DNA from: an uncultured Gammaproteobacteria bacterium
GTDB lineage: Bacteria > Patescibacteriota > Microgenomatia > Levybacterales > GWA1-39-11
Reading direction: 5' to 3'
Length of the DNA stretch: 64,000 nucleotides
Assembly: GCA_964537315.1 (NCBI GenBank)
Contig: CAZIAP010000002.1
Coordinates: 107,237-171,236 of the forward strand
Part shown: positions 48,448 to 57,732 of the stretch, piece by piece
Layout of the letters: each line of letters opens with the position of its first letter
Numbering within the stretch: the first letter of the stretch is position 1
Position numbers and translations under genes: made by a program
The notes under the pieces: model-generated
What the model was told of the DNA's origin: nothing
Database searches by the model: none
What the model saw: only the letters and a program-made list of their open reading frames with translations

Positions 48448-48738
48448 ATGCCGTGTGAAGCAAATGAGGTTTATACTGACTTTGGGTGTGTTCCTAATGA
48501 TCCAATCGGATTTGTAGAAAGATTTTACGGAATAGGACTTTCGGTTATAGGAATGGTGGCTGTACTATTCCTTATAATTGGTGGGTATCATATTCTGACT
48601 TCTCAAGGGAGTCCTGAAAAGCTGCAAAAAGGTCGTGAATATATCTTGTATTCTATTTTAGGGTTACTGCTTGGAGTATTTGGGTTCGTTTTCGTACAGA
48701 TAATAACCGGTGTATTACATATTCCCGGATTTAGCTAA
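48448..48738 (+). CDS. Small 2-TM protein (VirB2/TrbC-pilin-like topology; alternatively holin-like)
   Basis: 96 aa. Polar N-terminus with two Cys (CEANEVYTDFGC), two hydrophobic helices separated by TSQGSPEKLQKGRE, and a short tail. Confidence 0.35.
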   Translation: MPCEANEVYTDFGCVPNDPIGFVERFYGIGLSVIGMVAVLFLIIGGYHILTSQGSPEKLQKGREYILYSILGLLLGVFGFVFVQIITGVLHIPGFS

Positions 48739-48744
48739 AGACTT

Positions 48745-51162
48745 ATGAAAAAATTTCTGCCCAAATTTGTACTTATCACATTTTTCTCTATTGCCTTTCT
48801 CCTTGTAGGTACTCTGACTAGCGTTAGTGCTCAGACATTAGACTCTCCGAATGATGTTAATAACGGTAACTGGGTTGAGGATCCAGAGGTGACATTTGTC
48901 GGAAAGGCAGCAAACAGAGCAAACGATTTTTTAAACTGGACATTGCAAAATTATAACTGGCTATGTGTAGAAAAAGCCGGTGATGCCTGTGTAAATACAT
49001 ATGACAATAATCCCTTAGTTGAGTTTTGGGAAATGGTGCGTAATATCATATATGCTTTACTTCTCTTATTTGTTTTGGGAACTGCGGGTGTAATTATAGT
49101 TACGCGAGGTCAAAACATCACTATTATGCGTTTTGTGCCTAGATTTATCGTAATTATTTTACTTGTTACATTTTCATTTGCGTTAGTTCAGTTCTTATAT
49201 GTTGTAGTTGATATTGTCCAAGGATTTTTCCTTCGACCTGATGGACCAGAAGGACCGCTAATTTCATCAGCTGATCTGCTTTATATAGCTTTTCCTTATG
49301 AATTTACTGGCTTTAGGGCACTAGGATCTGATAATGACGAATCCGCATTTATCTCATTGTTGCTTGTAAAACTAACCGCAATTACTTATTATGTGATGAC
49401 AGGTGTGTTATTAGTGCGAAAAATCATCCTCTGGTTTTTCCTTATCGTGTCACCTATATTTCCTCTGCTTATCTTTTACCGCCCTGTTCGCAATACCGCA
49501 AAGATTTGGGTTGGAGAGTTCTTCCGTTGGTTGTTGTACGCGCCTCTCTTTGCACTTTTTCTACACGGTTTGGTGGTTATGTGGAGAGATAAAATTCCAC
49601 TCGCATTTGATTTTAACTCACAGGGTAGTGTTGCAGGCACAGACGTACTCTATCCTACAGCAGTAAACATTTTAATCGGTGGACCAGGTCAACAGATAGG
49701 GATCAATAACTCAGTTAATCTTCCTGATACTTTCGCACTATACGTAGTTGCTTTAATCATGCTTTGGGTGGTTATCTTGCTACCATTTTTACTACTTCGA
49801 ATTTTCTTAGATTACTTTAATTCCATCTCATTTAGCGGATTTATGTCTAAGCAGGTCAACAAAAACTTTGCTTTCTTAAACCCACGTGGTCCATCGGGTG
49901 GTCCAACTCCTCCGCCTCCTCCGGGTAAGGTGTTTCCAACCGGCATGGCGCGTCAGTTGCCATTTTTGAATAAAGCCGCAAAAACAATTGAAGTTGGTAG
50001 GCCGGTCAGTACCAGTAGTACGAGAGATATTAGATCATCCGTGCAGTCTAATGTTAGCCAACCTGTAGCAGTAAGAGAGGTTAACGAAGTTCTCAAGTCT
50101 GTCAATATAAGTGTTCCTAAGATGCAGGACGTTGTGAAGTATGAGAGAGCGTTATTAAGTAATAATATTACTGAACGTCAAACAGTCACACAGTTCCGTG
50201 AGACATTAGAAAAAATTGCAAATCCAGCACAGGTTACTTCAGTTACAGAGCGTCAGCAGTTTAGCCAGATACACGAGAAGCTAACTACCCAGCAGGAGAG
50301 AGGAAACCCGTTGGCAACATCAATTCTTAAGGCTGCTGGAAAAACAACTGTAAGTAGTACAATTGATATTAATCAGCAGCTTCGAATGTTGCTCCAGCAG
50401 CTAGCGAGCCCATCTACTGTAAACCCACGTGTACGTCAAAAGATGAGTACACTTAAAACACAGCTTACAGGTGCTCAACATAGTGGAAATAATTTAGCAA
50501 CAACTGTGCTGACTACTGCTGAGAAAATCAGTAAAAAAGAGCTAACTAAAGAGCAGGAAGATGCAGCGATTGAGGAGATCAAGACAAAGATCCAGGAGCA
50601 AAAACAGACAAGCGATCCAGTTACTCAGTCTGTTGTATCTACGATGCAACAAGCACAGGCTGTAACAGAAACTCAATCATTACCTGTTATAAATAGAGTC
50701 CAGCAAGTAAGCATTGAAGATTATGAGGAGGTACGAAAGATGTGGGTAGAGAATTATGAGACATTAGAACCTCCTAAGACGCTTGAAGGCAAGCAACTGG
50801 AGAGAGAGGAATGGGTTAGAAGTGACGTGCAGAAGATTAATGAAGCAGTCACTCTGCTTTCATCTGTTGAGCCGCAAAAAGTTAATGAAGGTATGGAGAT
50901 GGTCGGAAGTATTTTGCCGTTCCTACTCATGGGAGGTTTCTCTAAATCTGAGGTTGTTGCCTACTTGAAAGCGAAGCTTGCAGCTGCCAAGTCTATACTG
51001 GAAGCAGCCGAAAAGCAGAAAGACGATGAAGATTCGATGATATATCGCGAGACCAAGAAAGAAGAGGCAAAAGAAATGAGCATAAAACATGCTATAGAGC
51101 TTCCGAGTGAAAAAGAATCGCCTAAAAATTCGGAAGACGACGAGACTAAGACTCAACCGTGA
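48745..51162 (+). CDS. Large polytopic membrane protein with Sec signal peptide, ~6 TMs, poly-Pro hinge and ~400-aa coiled/Q-rich cytoplasmic tail (VirB6/TrbL-like architecture)
   Basis: Signal peptide ...TSVSA|QT. The TM block spans roughly aa 95-330. GGPTPPPPPGK follows. A long hydrophilic C-terminus carries degenerate internal repeats. Confidence 0.4.
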   Translation: MKKFLPKFVLITFFSIAFLLVGTLTSVSAQTLDSPNDVNNGNWVEDPEVTFVGKAANRANDFLNWTLQNYNWLCVEKAGDACVNTYDNNPLVEFWEMVRNIIYALLLLFVLGTAGVIIVTRGQNITIMRFVPRFIVIILLVTFSFALVQFLYVVVDIVQGFFLRPDGPEGPLISSADLLYIAFPYEFTGFRALGSDNDESAFISLLLVKLTAITYYVMTGVLLVRKIILWFFLIVSPIFPLLIFYRPVRNTAKIWVGEFFRWLLYAPLFALFLHGLVVMWRDKIPLAFDFNSQGSVAGTDVLYPTAVNILIGGPGQQIGINNSVNLPDTFALYVVALIMLWVVILLPFLLLRIFLDYFNSISFSGFMSKQVNKNFAFLNPRGPSGGPTPPPPPGKVFPTGMARQLPFLNKAAKTIEVGRPVSTSSTRDIRSSVQSNVSQPVAVREVNEVLKSVNISVPKMQDVVKYERALLSNNITERQTVTQFRETLEKIANPAQVTSVTERQQFSQIHEKLTTQQERGNPLATSILKAAGKTTVSSTIDINQQLRMLLQQLASPSTVNPRVRQKMSTLKTQLTGAQHSGNNLATTVLTTAEKISKKELTKEQEDAAIEEIKTKIQEQKQTSDPVTQSVVSTMQQAQAVTETQSLPVINRVQQVSIEDYEEVRKMWVENYETLEPPKTLEGKQLEREEWVRSDVQKINEAVTLLSSVEPQKVNEGMEMVGSILPFLLMGGFSKSEVVAYLKAKLAAAKSILEAAEKQKDDEDSMIYRETKKEEAKEMSIKHAIELPSEKESPKNSEDDETKTQP

Positions 51163-51223
51163 CGAAGTTTAGTTGTGAGAGAGGTCAGAGTGTGTCTATA
51201 ATAAACAAGTTATTAGTTATCTT

Positions 51224-54200
51224 ATGTTTGGAAATCTATTTAATCAGAAAAAAGATGGAACGGAAGAACAGGTTCCTCCTACACCTGTGCAGGTGCCACA
51301 GCAGGGAGTAAATCCTGTTGTTGACCCTTCTCAGCCGCAGATGACACAACAACCTCCACAAGTAGTGCAGACAGGTAGCGTAGAACAGACGACTACAGGT
51401 ATGGGAATTCAGGCAGGCCTGCCCGCAATGCAAAGCAACGCGTTTCAGGCGGGACCTGTTGTGTTTAGTCAGACTGACACAGTAACAAATACTCAAAATG
51501 TACCAATTCAACCTCAGCAACCGGGGCAAAATCCACAAGCCGTGTCTCAGCCAACTATGCCAGATCAAACAGTACCAGGTCAGCCTATTGCTCCTGATAA
51601 TCCAGGGATGGGAGCAGAGAAAATGCAAAACGTATCGGCTCTTTCTCGTTTGGATGCCAGAGCAACGCAGGTATTACACCATGCGCAAGAAGAAACCAGG
51701 AGGATTCAGCAAGCACTTATAGAACCTGACCAGATACTTTATGGCTTGATCTATGACAGTGGGGTATACAAGCTCCTTGAACAGTTCTCAATTGATGCAT
51801 CAAAAATTGCAAAAGATATACAAGGAAAATCCCAACAGGGTACATTTACAGGACAGCCAACTCTAAGCCCGCAGTCTCAAGAAATTTTTGATACTGCTTT
51901 TAATTCGGTAAAAGCGCGACAGGCAAGTTTTATAACTCCTGAGGATATTCTACTAGCCCTTTTCAATGCAGCAGCAATGGCTGAGTTTTTCAGAACTCAG
52001 GGAGTTGATAAAGGAAAAGTAGAAGAAAAGCTTGCAAAAAACACTAGTTTTGTGGGAGATGGAAAGAGATCAGTTCTGGATAAATACAGTATAGATCTTA
52101 CACAAAATGCAAGAGACGGCCTATTAGATCCAGTTACTGGACGTGACGTTGAGATAGAAAGACTTGTACACATTTTGCTTCGTAGAACAAAAAATAATCC
52201 GATAATTATAGGTGAAGCAGGTGTAGGAAAAACAGCTATAGTCGAAGCTATTGCACAAAAAATTGTAGATGGACAGATTCCTGAAGATCTAAAAAACAAA
52301 AAAATTATTCAGCTAGACCTTGCTTCGATGATTGCAGGTGCTGCTCGTAGAGGTGAGTTTGAAGAGCGCCTACGTAGTATTATTCAGGAGGTGCAAGCTT
52401 CTGGACAGATAATTTTATTCATCGATGAAATACATACTCTAGTTGGAGCAGGCGATTCGGGAGGCGCGCTGGATGCATCAAATATTATTAAACCATATCT
52501 TTCTCGTGGGCAGCTTCAGCTAATTGGTACAACCACAACTGCTGAGTTCAGGAAGTATTTTGAAAAAGACAAAGCATTTGAAAGAAGATTCCAACCGATT
52601 ATGGTTCAAGAACCGGACGAAGAGGTTGCGGTAGAGATGTTAAATGTTATCAAACCTAAATATGAAAAGTATCACAACGTTGTGATGACGCCTGAGTCTA
52701 TCGAAGCTGCTGTTGTGCTATCTAAAAAATATATCGGAGAAAGATTTCTACCCGATAAAGGTGTGGATTTGCTTGATGAAGCAGCTGCAGAGGTAAAGCT
52801 TGCTAAAGCAGAAGGGAAACGGCAGGATAATAATATTGTTAAAACTGATATAGAAAAAGTAGTTTCAAGTTGGACGGGGATTCCGATCACACGACTTACA
52901 GAAGACGAAAGTGAAAAGTTGCTGCACTTAGAAGATCATATTCATAAACGCCTCATTGATCAGGAGGAAGCTGTTGCAGCGGTCTCAGAGGCAGTACGTA
53001 GAGGGCGAATCGGTCTCGCTTCAGCAAACAGGCCGATTGCTTCATTTATATTTTTGGGTCCTACAGGTGTCGGTAAAACGGAGCTTGCCAAAACCCTTGC
53101 TGAGATTTTGTTTGGCAGGGATGACGCAACTATCCGACTTGATATGTCTGAGTATATGGAAAAGCATGAGGTTGCAAAACTTATCGGTGCTCCTCCGGGA
53201 TATGTAGGTTATGAAGAAGGCGGACAATTAACAGAAGCTGTAAGATCAAAACCATACTCAATTGTGCTCCTTGATGAGGTTGAGAAGGCACATCCTGATG
53301 TGTTTAATATTCTACTGCAAATTTTGGAAGATGGAAGACTCACCGATAATAAAGGTAATACAATTTCATTTAAAAATACTATTATTATTGCCACTTCAAA
53401 TCTTGGAAGCCACATAATCCAAAAGTTTTTACTTGAACGGGCAAAAAATTCTGGAAAATCTACCGAGAATATCGAAAGTTCTACAACTGAGAAGAATCCA
53501 GATGAATCCAAAGGTAAAGAAAATACTGAAAAACAGGCTAACTTAGAAAATGACGAGAAGAATAATGATGTCTCAACAGAGGGTGCACAATCTGGTAAGG
53601 ATACAACTGGATCAAAGTCATATTCAGAACAACGAGTAAATCTACAGCTTGGAGGAAATACTGATAAGAAAACCGATGGTGAGTTCGAAGAGCTGACAAA
53701 ATTACTGCAAGAAGAGCTGCATAAATTCTTCCGTCCTGAATTGTTGAATAGATTTGATGATCTTGTAGTATTCAAGCCGCTTGCACAGCGTGATATGATG
53801 CAGATTGCAAAGCTCGGTATCGGTAAAACTCAAAAACTCTTAAAAGAGCAAGGATTTGACATCCAAATTACGGATCTAGCACTGGATCAGCTGGCAAAAG
53901 AAGGGTACGATCCTGTATATGGTGCTCGACCTTTGAGAAGATTAATTCAAAACTCAATTGAAAACGCAATCGCTATTGCATTAATTAGTAAACAGTTTGT
54001 TGCTGGTGACACCATTATTATTGATTACGACACTACACAGCAAAAGTTTGCTTTCTCAAAGGGAGCTTCTCAAAACCAGTCAGGACAGCCACAGGGAGAG
54101 GGTTCTCAACCACCTACTGGGCCAGGTCAGCCTGTCAATACCCAAGGTACAACAAATCAACAAACTGGATTACCCCAGAACTCTCCTCAAGCTCAGATAC

Positions 54201-54463
54201 CAAATCAGAACACAGGTCAGGTAGTTAATCAAAATCCTGCAACACAGCAACCTGTTCAGCCAACTGCTCCACAAGAAGTGTACTATGGTGTTCCTCCTCA
54301 GAATCAGCAAGTAAATTCTCAGCCAGTTCAACCAAATCAACCTATTGGACAAGAAAATGGAACAGGTATAGTGCAGCCACCGCAAACACCTCCACAGTAT
54401 CCGCAGACTAACGGTGCGGGTCCGGCAGGAAATGGCGCAACCATGAATACGTCTGTATCCTAG
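51224..54463 (+). CDS. ClpC/ClpA-like double-ring AAA+ ATPase with Q/P-rich N- and C-terminal extensions and a low-complexity insert in D2
   Basis: Clp_N-like repeat. D1 Walker A IIIGEAGVGKTAIVEAIA, Walker B ILFIDEIHTLVGAG. D2 Walker A FIFLGPTGVGKTELAKTLAE, Walker B IVLLDEVEKAHPDV. The short inter-ring linker means no ClpB-type M-domain. A roughly 100-aa K/E/S/T-rich insert at 53433-53735 replaces the usual ClpP-binding IG[FL] loop. Confidence 0.8.
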   Translation: MFGNLFNQKKDGTEEQVPPTPVQVPQQGVNPVVDPSQPQMTQQPPQVVQTGSVEQTTTGMGIQAGLPAMQSNAFQAGPVVFSQTDTVTNTQNVPIQPQQPGQNPQAVSQPTMPDQTVPGQPIAPDNPGMGAEKMQNVSALSRLDARATQVLHHAQEETRRIQQALIEPDQILYGLIYDSGVYKLLEQFSIDASKIAKDIQGKSQQGTFTGQPTLSPQSQEIFDTAFNSVKARQASFITPEDILLALFNAAAMAEFFRTQGVDKGKVEEKLAKNTSFVGDGKRSVLDKYSIDLTQNARDGLLDPVTGRDVEIERLVHILLRRTKNNPIIIGEAGVGKTAIVEAIAQKIVDGQIPEDLKNKKIIQLDLASMIAGAARRGEFEERLRSIIQEVQASGQIILFIDEIHTLVGAGDSGGALDASNIIKPYLSRGQLQLIGTTTTAEFRKYFEKDKAFERRFQPIMVQEPDEEVAVEMLNVIKPKYEKYHNVVMTPESIEAAVVLSKKYIGERFLPDKGVDLLDEAAAEVKLAKAEGKRQDNNIVKTDIEKVVSSWTGIPITRLTEDESEKLLHLEDHIHKRLIDQEEAVAAVSEAVRRGRIGLASANRPIASFIFLGPTGVGKTELAKTLAEILFGRDDATIRLDMSEYMEKHEVAKLIGAPPGYVGYEEGGQLTEAVRSKPYSIVLLDEVEKAHPDVFNILLQILEDGRLTDNKGNTISFKNTIIIATSNLGSHIIQKFLLERAKNSGKSTENIESSTTEKNPDESKGKENTEKQANLENDEKNNDVSTEGAQSGKDTTGSKSYSEQRVNLQLGGNTDKKTDGEFEELTKLLQEELHKFFRPELLNRFDDLVVFKPLAQRDMMQIAKLGIGKTQKLLKEQGFDIQITDLALDQLAKEGYDPVYGARPLRRLIQNSIENAIAIALISKQFVAGDTIIIDYDTTQQKFAFSKGASQNQSGQPQGEGSQPPTGPGQPVNTQGTTNQQTGLPQNSPQAQIPNQNTGQVVNQNPATQQPVQPTAPQEVYYGVPPQNQQVNSQPVQPNQPIGQENGTGIVQPPQTPPQYPQTNGAGPAGNGATMNTSVS

Positions 54464-54464
54464 T

Positions 54465-56408
54465 ATGGAAAATCCGCAGTCTTCAAGTTTTACATCACTG
54501 TTTCAATCTCGTAGGTTTCTAATTGCAGCAGGATTTATTTTACTTCTTGTGCTTGTTGGAGTAGGAATATTTTTTATCTTAAGCAGCAAGCCTCCACTCG
54601 AGCCTATTCCTGAAGGCTCTGTGTACACTCCCGACGAAGTAACTGTACAGTTTGCGCAAGGTTATACACCTGCTCCGCAGGGAGAGAATGAAAATTGGGA
54701 TAGGTTGTATGCAAAGCTCCAAGAACTGGGCGTTCAGTCATACTCTAAAGTGTTCGATTCAAATGATCCTGATTTATCAAGATATTATAAGCTTAAGCTT
54801 TCTTCTGATGCTGAAGTTGCCACAATCCGTGAAGAGTTATATAAGCTTGATGAAATAAAAGCTTCTGAACCTGAGTATATCCTCAGTACTCAGTTGAGTG
54901 CTAATGATGCAGAATATTCTGGTATGTGGGGACTGAAAAAAATTGATATTGAAAAAGCTTGGGATGTAACCAGAGGCTCAAACTCTGTGAAAGTCGCAGT
55001 GGTAGATACGGGAATTGACTATAATCACCCTGATTTCGCAGGGAGATCAATTATTAAGGGTAAGGACGTATCAACTTGCGACAGCACATACCAAGAGCTT
55101 CTTGCTTCAAACGGTCAATGTACGAAACCTAAACAACCTGATAATGACCCATTAGATAGTAATAACGGACACGGCACTCACGTTGCGGGAACAATAGGCG
55201 CTGCGACTAATAATGGAATAGGAGTCTCTGGAGTAAATTGGAACGTAACACTAATTGCCGTAAAAACGATGGGAGAAGGTGGCGCAGGGGGTATGTCTGA
55301 AATTGCAAATGGATTGGTAGATGCAGTGGATAGAGGAGCTGATGTGGTAAATATGAGTCTTGGTGGAGAGGGAACATGTACATCTCAGATGCAACAAGCG
55401 ATAAATTATGCCAGAAATAAAGGAGCTGCTATAGTAGTCGCTGCCGGAAACGGTGACAGAAATGGTAATCCTATTGATGCCTCTCGGGTTACTCCAGCGA
55501 GCTGTACAGGTGTAATTGTGGTTGGAGCAACGGGACCAAATGATGAACGCTCAAGTTATTCAAACTACGGAACACGGGTAGATCTAGCGGCGCCTGGAGG
55601 AAATGAACCAAGAGGAACATCATCATGCACAAAATCTAATTGCATAACTTCAACATGGCCAGGAAGACAGTACAGATCGGTTCAAGGTACATCTATGGCA
55701 GCGCCTCACGTAGCAGGTGTCGCAGCTCTTCTGCTGGCACAAAATGGCAGCCTAACACCGGATGACATTAAAAGATGTCTTATTAACAGTGGAAACCCAA
55801 TAAGTACAGACAGACCAATTGGTGGAAAAAGACTTAATGCATATAGTGCGCTTAACGGCTGTATAGCAAGTGCGAATCAGCCGACGACTCCTCCTGCAAA
55901 TCCGCCTACTGCTACTCCAACAGATACGCAAGCGCAAACACCAGCCATTGAACCATCAGAGTATTATCTAAAAGGTTTTACATACTCGGATGCTAATAAT
56001 AATCTTACCTTTGATTCAGGAGAGACCATGGTTGCGGGAGTCATATTGAAGTTGACTGATGAATCAAACGTAAACACTAATATTCCTACTGGAGCAGATG
56101 GTAAGTTCGAATTTAGAAATTTAAAACCTGGTTCTTATCTATTAACCGCAACAGTTGGTACTCGAGATGTGATGGAGTATAGAATAGGACTTGATTTAAA
56201 TATGAGCAGCCAAAACATACCAATTCCGATTCCCTCAGTAGAACCGTCTGATCCCGATAATCCTTCACAAGGGGAGAATAGGGTAATTATAACAGGCTCA
56301 CCTACTCCAACTCCTCGTCCGTTACATACATGTGTAGAGAAGACTACTCAGCAACGTGTTAATAACCGTGTCTTGCAGCTTAAGTACCTCGACTGCACTC
56401 CTATATAA
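54465..56408 (+). CDS. Membrane-anchored subtilisin-like serine protease (S8) with C-terminal Cna-B/CarboxypepD_reg-like domain
   Basis: N-terminal TM. Catalytic triad motifs VAVVDTGIDYNHPDF (Asp), HGTHVAGTIGA (His) and GTSMAAPHVAGVAALL (Ser). The C-terminal segment DGKFEFRNLKPGSYLLTA is a prealbumin-like fold. Confidence 0.85.
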   Translation: MENPQSSSFTSLFQSRRFLIAAGFILLLVLVGVGIFFILSSKPPLEPIPEGSVYTPDEVTVQFAQGYTPAPQGENENWDRLYAKLQELGVQSYSKVFDSNDPDLSRYYKLKLSSDAEVATIREELYKLDEIKASEPEYILSTQLSANDAEYSGMWGLKKIDIEKAWDVTRGSNSVKVAVVDTGIDYNHPDFAGRSIIKGKDVSTCDSTYQELLASNGQCTKPKQPDNDPLDSNNGHGTHVAGTIGAATNNGIGVSGVNWNVTLIAVKTMGEGGAGGMSEIANGLVDAVDRGADVVNMSLGGEGTCTSQMQQAINYARNKGAAIVVAAGNGDRNGNPIDASRVTPASCTGVIVVGATGPNDERSSYSNYGTRVDLAAPGGNEPRGTSSCTKSNCITSTWPGRQYRSVQGTSMAAPHVAGVAALLLAQNGSLTPDDIKRCLINSGNPISTDRPIGGKRLNAYSALNGCIASANQPTTPPANPPTATPTDTQAQTPAIEPSEYYLKGFTYSDANNNLTFDSGETMVAGVILKLTDESNVNTNIPTGADGKFEFRNLKPGSYLLTATVGTRDVMEYRIGLDLNMSSQNIPIPIPSVEPSDPDNPSQGENRVIITGSPTPTPRPLHTCVEKTTQQRVNNRVLQLKYLDCTPI

Positions 56409-56472
56409 ATTTCACCACTGGAAACCTACTTGTCTAGCAATCTGACCTCCCATTTGATAAAATGACTAGCGT

Positions 56473-57345
56473 ATGGCATCACGTGATTATTATGAAATAC
56501 TAGGTGTTTCAAAAAATGCAACTGCTGAAGAGCTGAAGCGCGCGTATCGTAAACTAGCTCTTGAATATCACCCTGACAGAAATAAAACTAAAGAAGCAGA
56601 AGCGAAATTCAAAGAGTTGAACGCAGCTTACGAAGTGTTGAAAGATCCTGAAAAACGCCGAGTTTATGATCAGGTTGGTCCGTCAGCTTTTGAAAATGGT
56701 GGTGGAGCAGGAGGACCATTTGGAAATGCTGCAGGAGGACAGTACGGGCCGTTTACATATACATATAGTACTTCAGGAGGAGAAAATCCTTTTGAGGGGT
56801 TCGGAGGCTTTTCAGATCCGTTTGACATTTTTGAACAGTTCTTTGGAGGAGGATCCCCTTTTGGTAGAAGAAAGCCTGCTTATTCCTTGCGTATAGATTT
56901 TATGGAGTCGGTCAAGGGAGCTGAGAAAAAAGTTACAATTGAAGGAAAGTCAAAAACAATTAAAATCCCGGCCGGAGTGCAAACAGGGTCGCGCATAAGA
57001 TTTGACGAGTTTGATATTGTTTTAGAAGTAGAATCCCACCCTAAATTTCACAGAGAGGGATACGATATCGTAACAGTAGAGAGTATTTCTATGACAATGG
57101 CCGCTTTGGGAGGAACCATTGAGGTTGAAACAGTGGAGGGTAAAGTAAAGCTTAAAGTACCCGCAGGTACTCAACCAAACGCAATTATCAGAATCAAAGG
57201 AAAGGGAGTGCCACATATTAAAGGAAATGGCAAAGGTGATCATTTCGTGAAAGTAAACGTAGAGATTCCAAAAAAGGTAAGTGGAAAACAAAAAGAACTT
57301 CTTGAGCAACTTGATAGTGAACTGAAAAAGAAAAAATGGTTCTAA
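56473..57345 (+). CDS. dnaJ: DnaJ-like co-chaperone lacking the Zn-finger domain (type II/CbpA-like)
   Basis: J-domain [33 protein letters not shown], a G/F-rich region and C-terminal substrate-binding domains. There are no CxxCxGxG repeats. Confidence 0.8.
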   Translation: MASRDYYEILGVSKNATAEELKRAYRKLALEYHPDRNKTKEAEAKFKELNAAYEVLKDPEKRRVYDQVGPSAFENGGGAGGPFGNAAGGQYGPFTYTYSTSGGENPFEGFGGFSDPFDIFEQFFGGGSPFGRRKPAYSLRIDFMESVKGAEKKVTIEGKSKTIKIPAGVQTGSRIRFDEFDIVLEVESHPKFHREGYDIVTVESISMTMAALGGTIEVETVEGKVKLKVPAGTQPNAIIRIKGKGVPHIKGNGKGDHFVKVNVEIPKKVSGKQKELLEQLDSELKKKKWF

Positions 57346-57405
57346 AATCAGAATAAGGAAGCCCTCACACTTTATACATTCTACATAATACTTTATACTA
57401 GTTGT

Positions 57406-57732
57406 ATGCCTGCCCTGCTGTACCCTATTTTTCTATTGAAATTTTGGTATATCGATGCGACAAAGTTTTTTTTGCACGTTTACCGTGAACTATTTGTTTA
57501 TTGTTTGTCTCTTTTTTCTCTACCATTACTCATTCGTTCATTCTTCAGACCGGTTAAAAACGAGTACAGAAAGGACTTAGTATTGTTTTCTATTTTTTTC
57601 GGTATGGGGGTAAAATCTGTACTTATCAGTATATCTATCGCAATTATGCTGTTTCTATTACTTGTAGGCGTAATATTACTTATTAGTTTTTGGGCATTTC
57701 CTTACTTTGTCTATCAGCTATTAAGCTTATGA
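57406..57732 (+). CDS. Small 3-TM membrane protein
   Basis: 108 aa and hydrophobic. It overlaps the start of the following AAA+ gene, so its reality is uncertain. Confidence 0.3.
   Translation: MPALLYPIFLLKFWYIDATKFFLHVYRELFVYCLSLFSLPLLIRSFFRPVKNEYRKDLVLFSIFFGMGVKSVLISISIAIMLFLLLVGVILLISFWAFPYFVYQLLSL

Noticed and set aside
51224-54463. Calling the 1079-aa AAA+ protein ClpB
   Set aside because: The D1-D2 linker is about 30 aa, so there is no long coiled-coil M-domain. The architecture is ClpA/ClpC-like.
56740-56780. Zn-finger in DnaJ
   Set aside because: Scanned for CxxCxGxG repeats and found none. The G/F region runs straight into the C-terminal beta domains.
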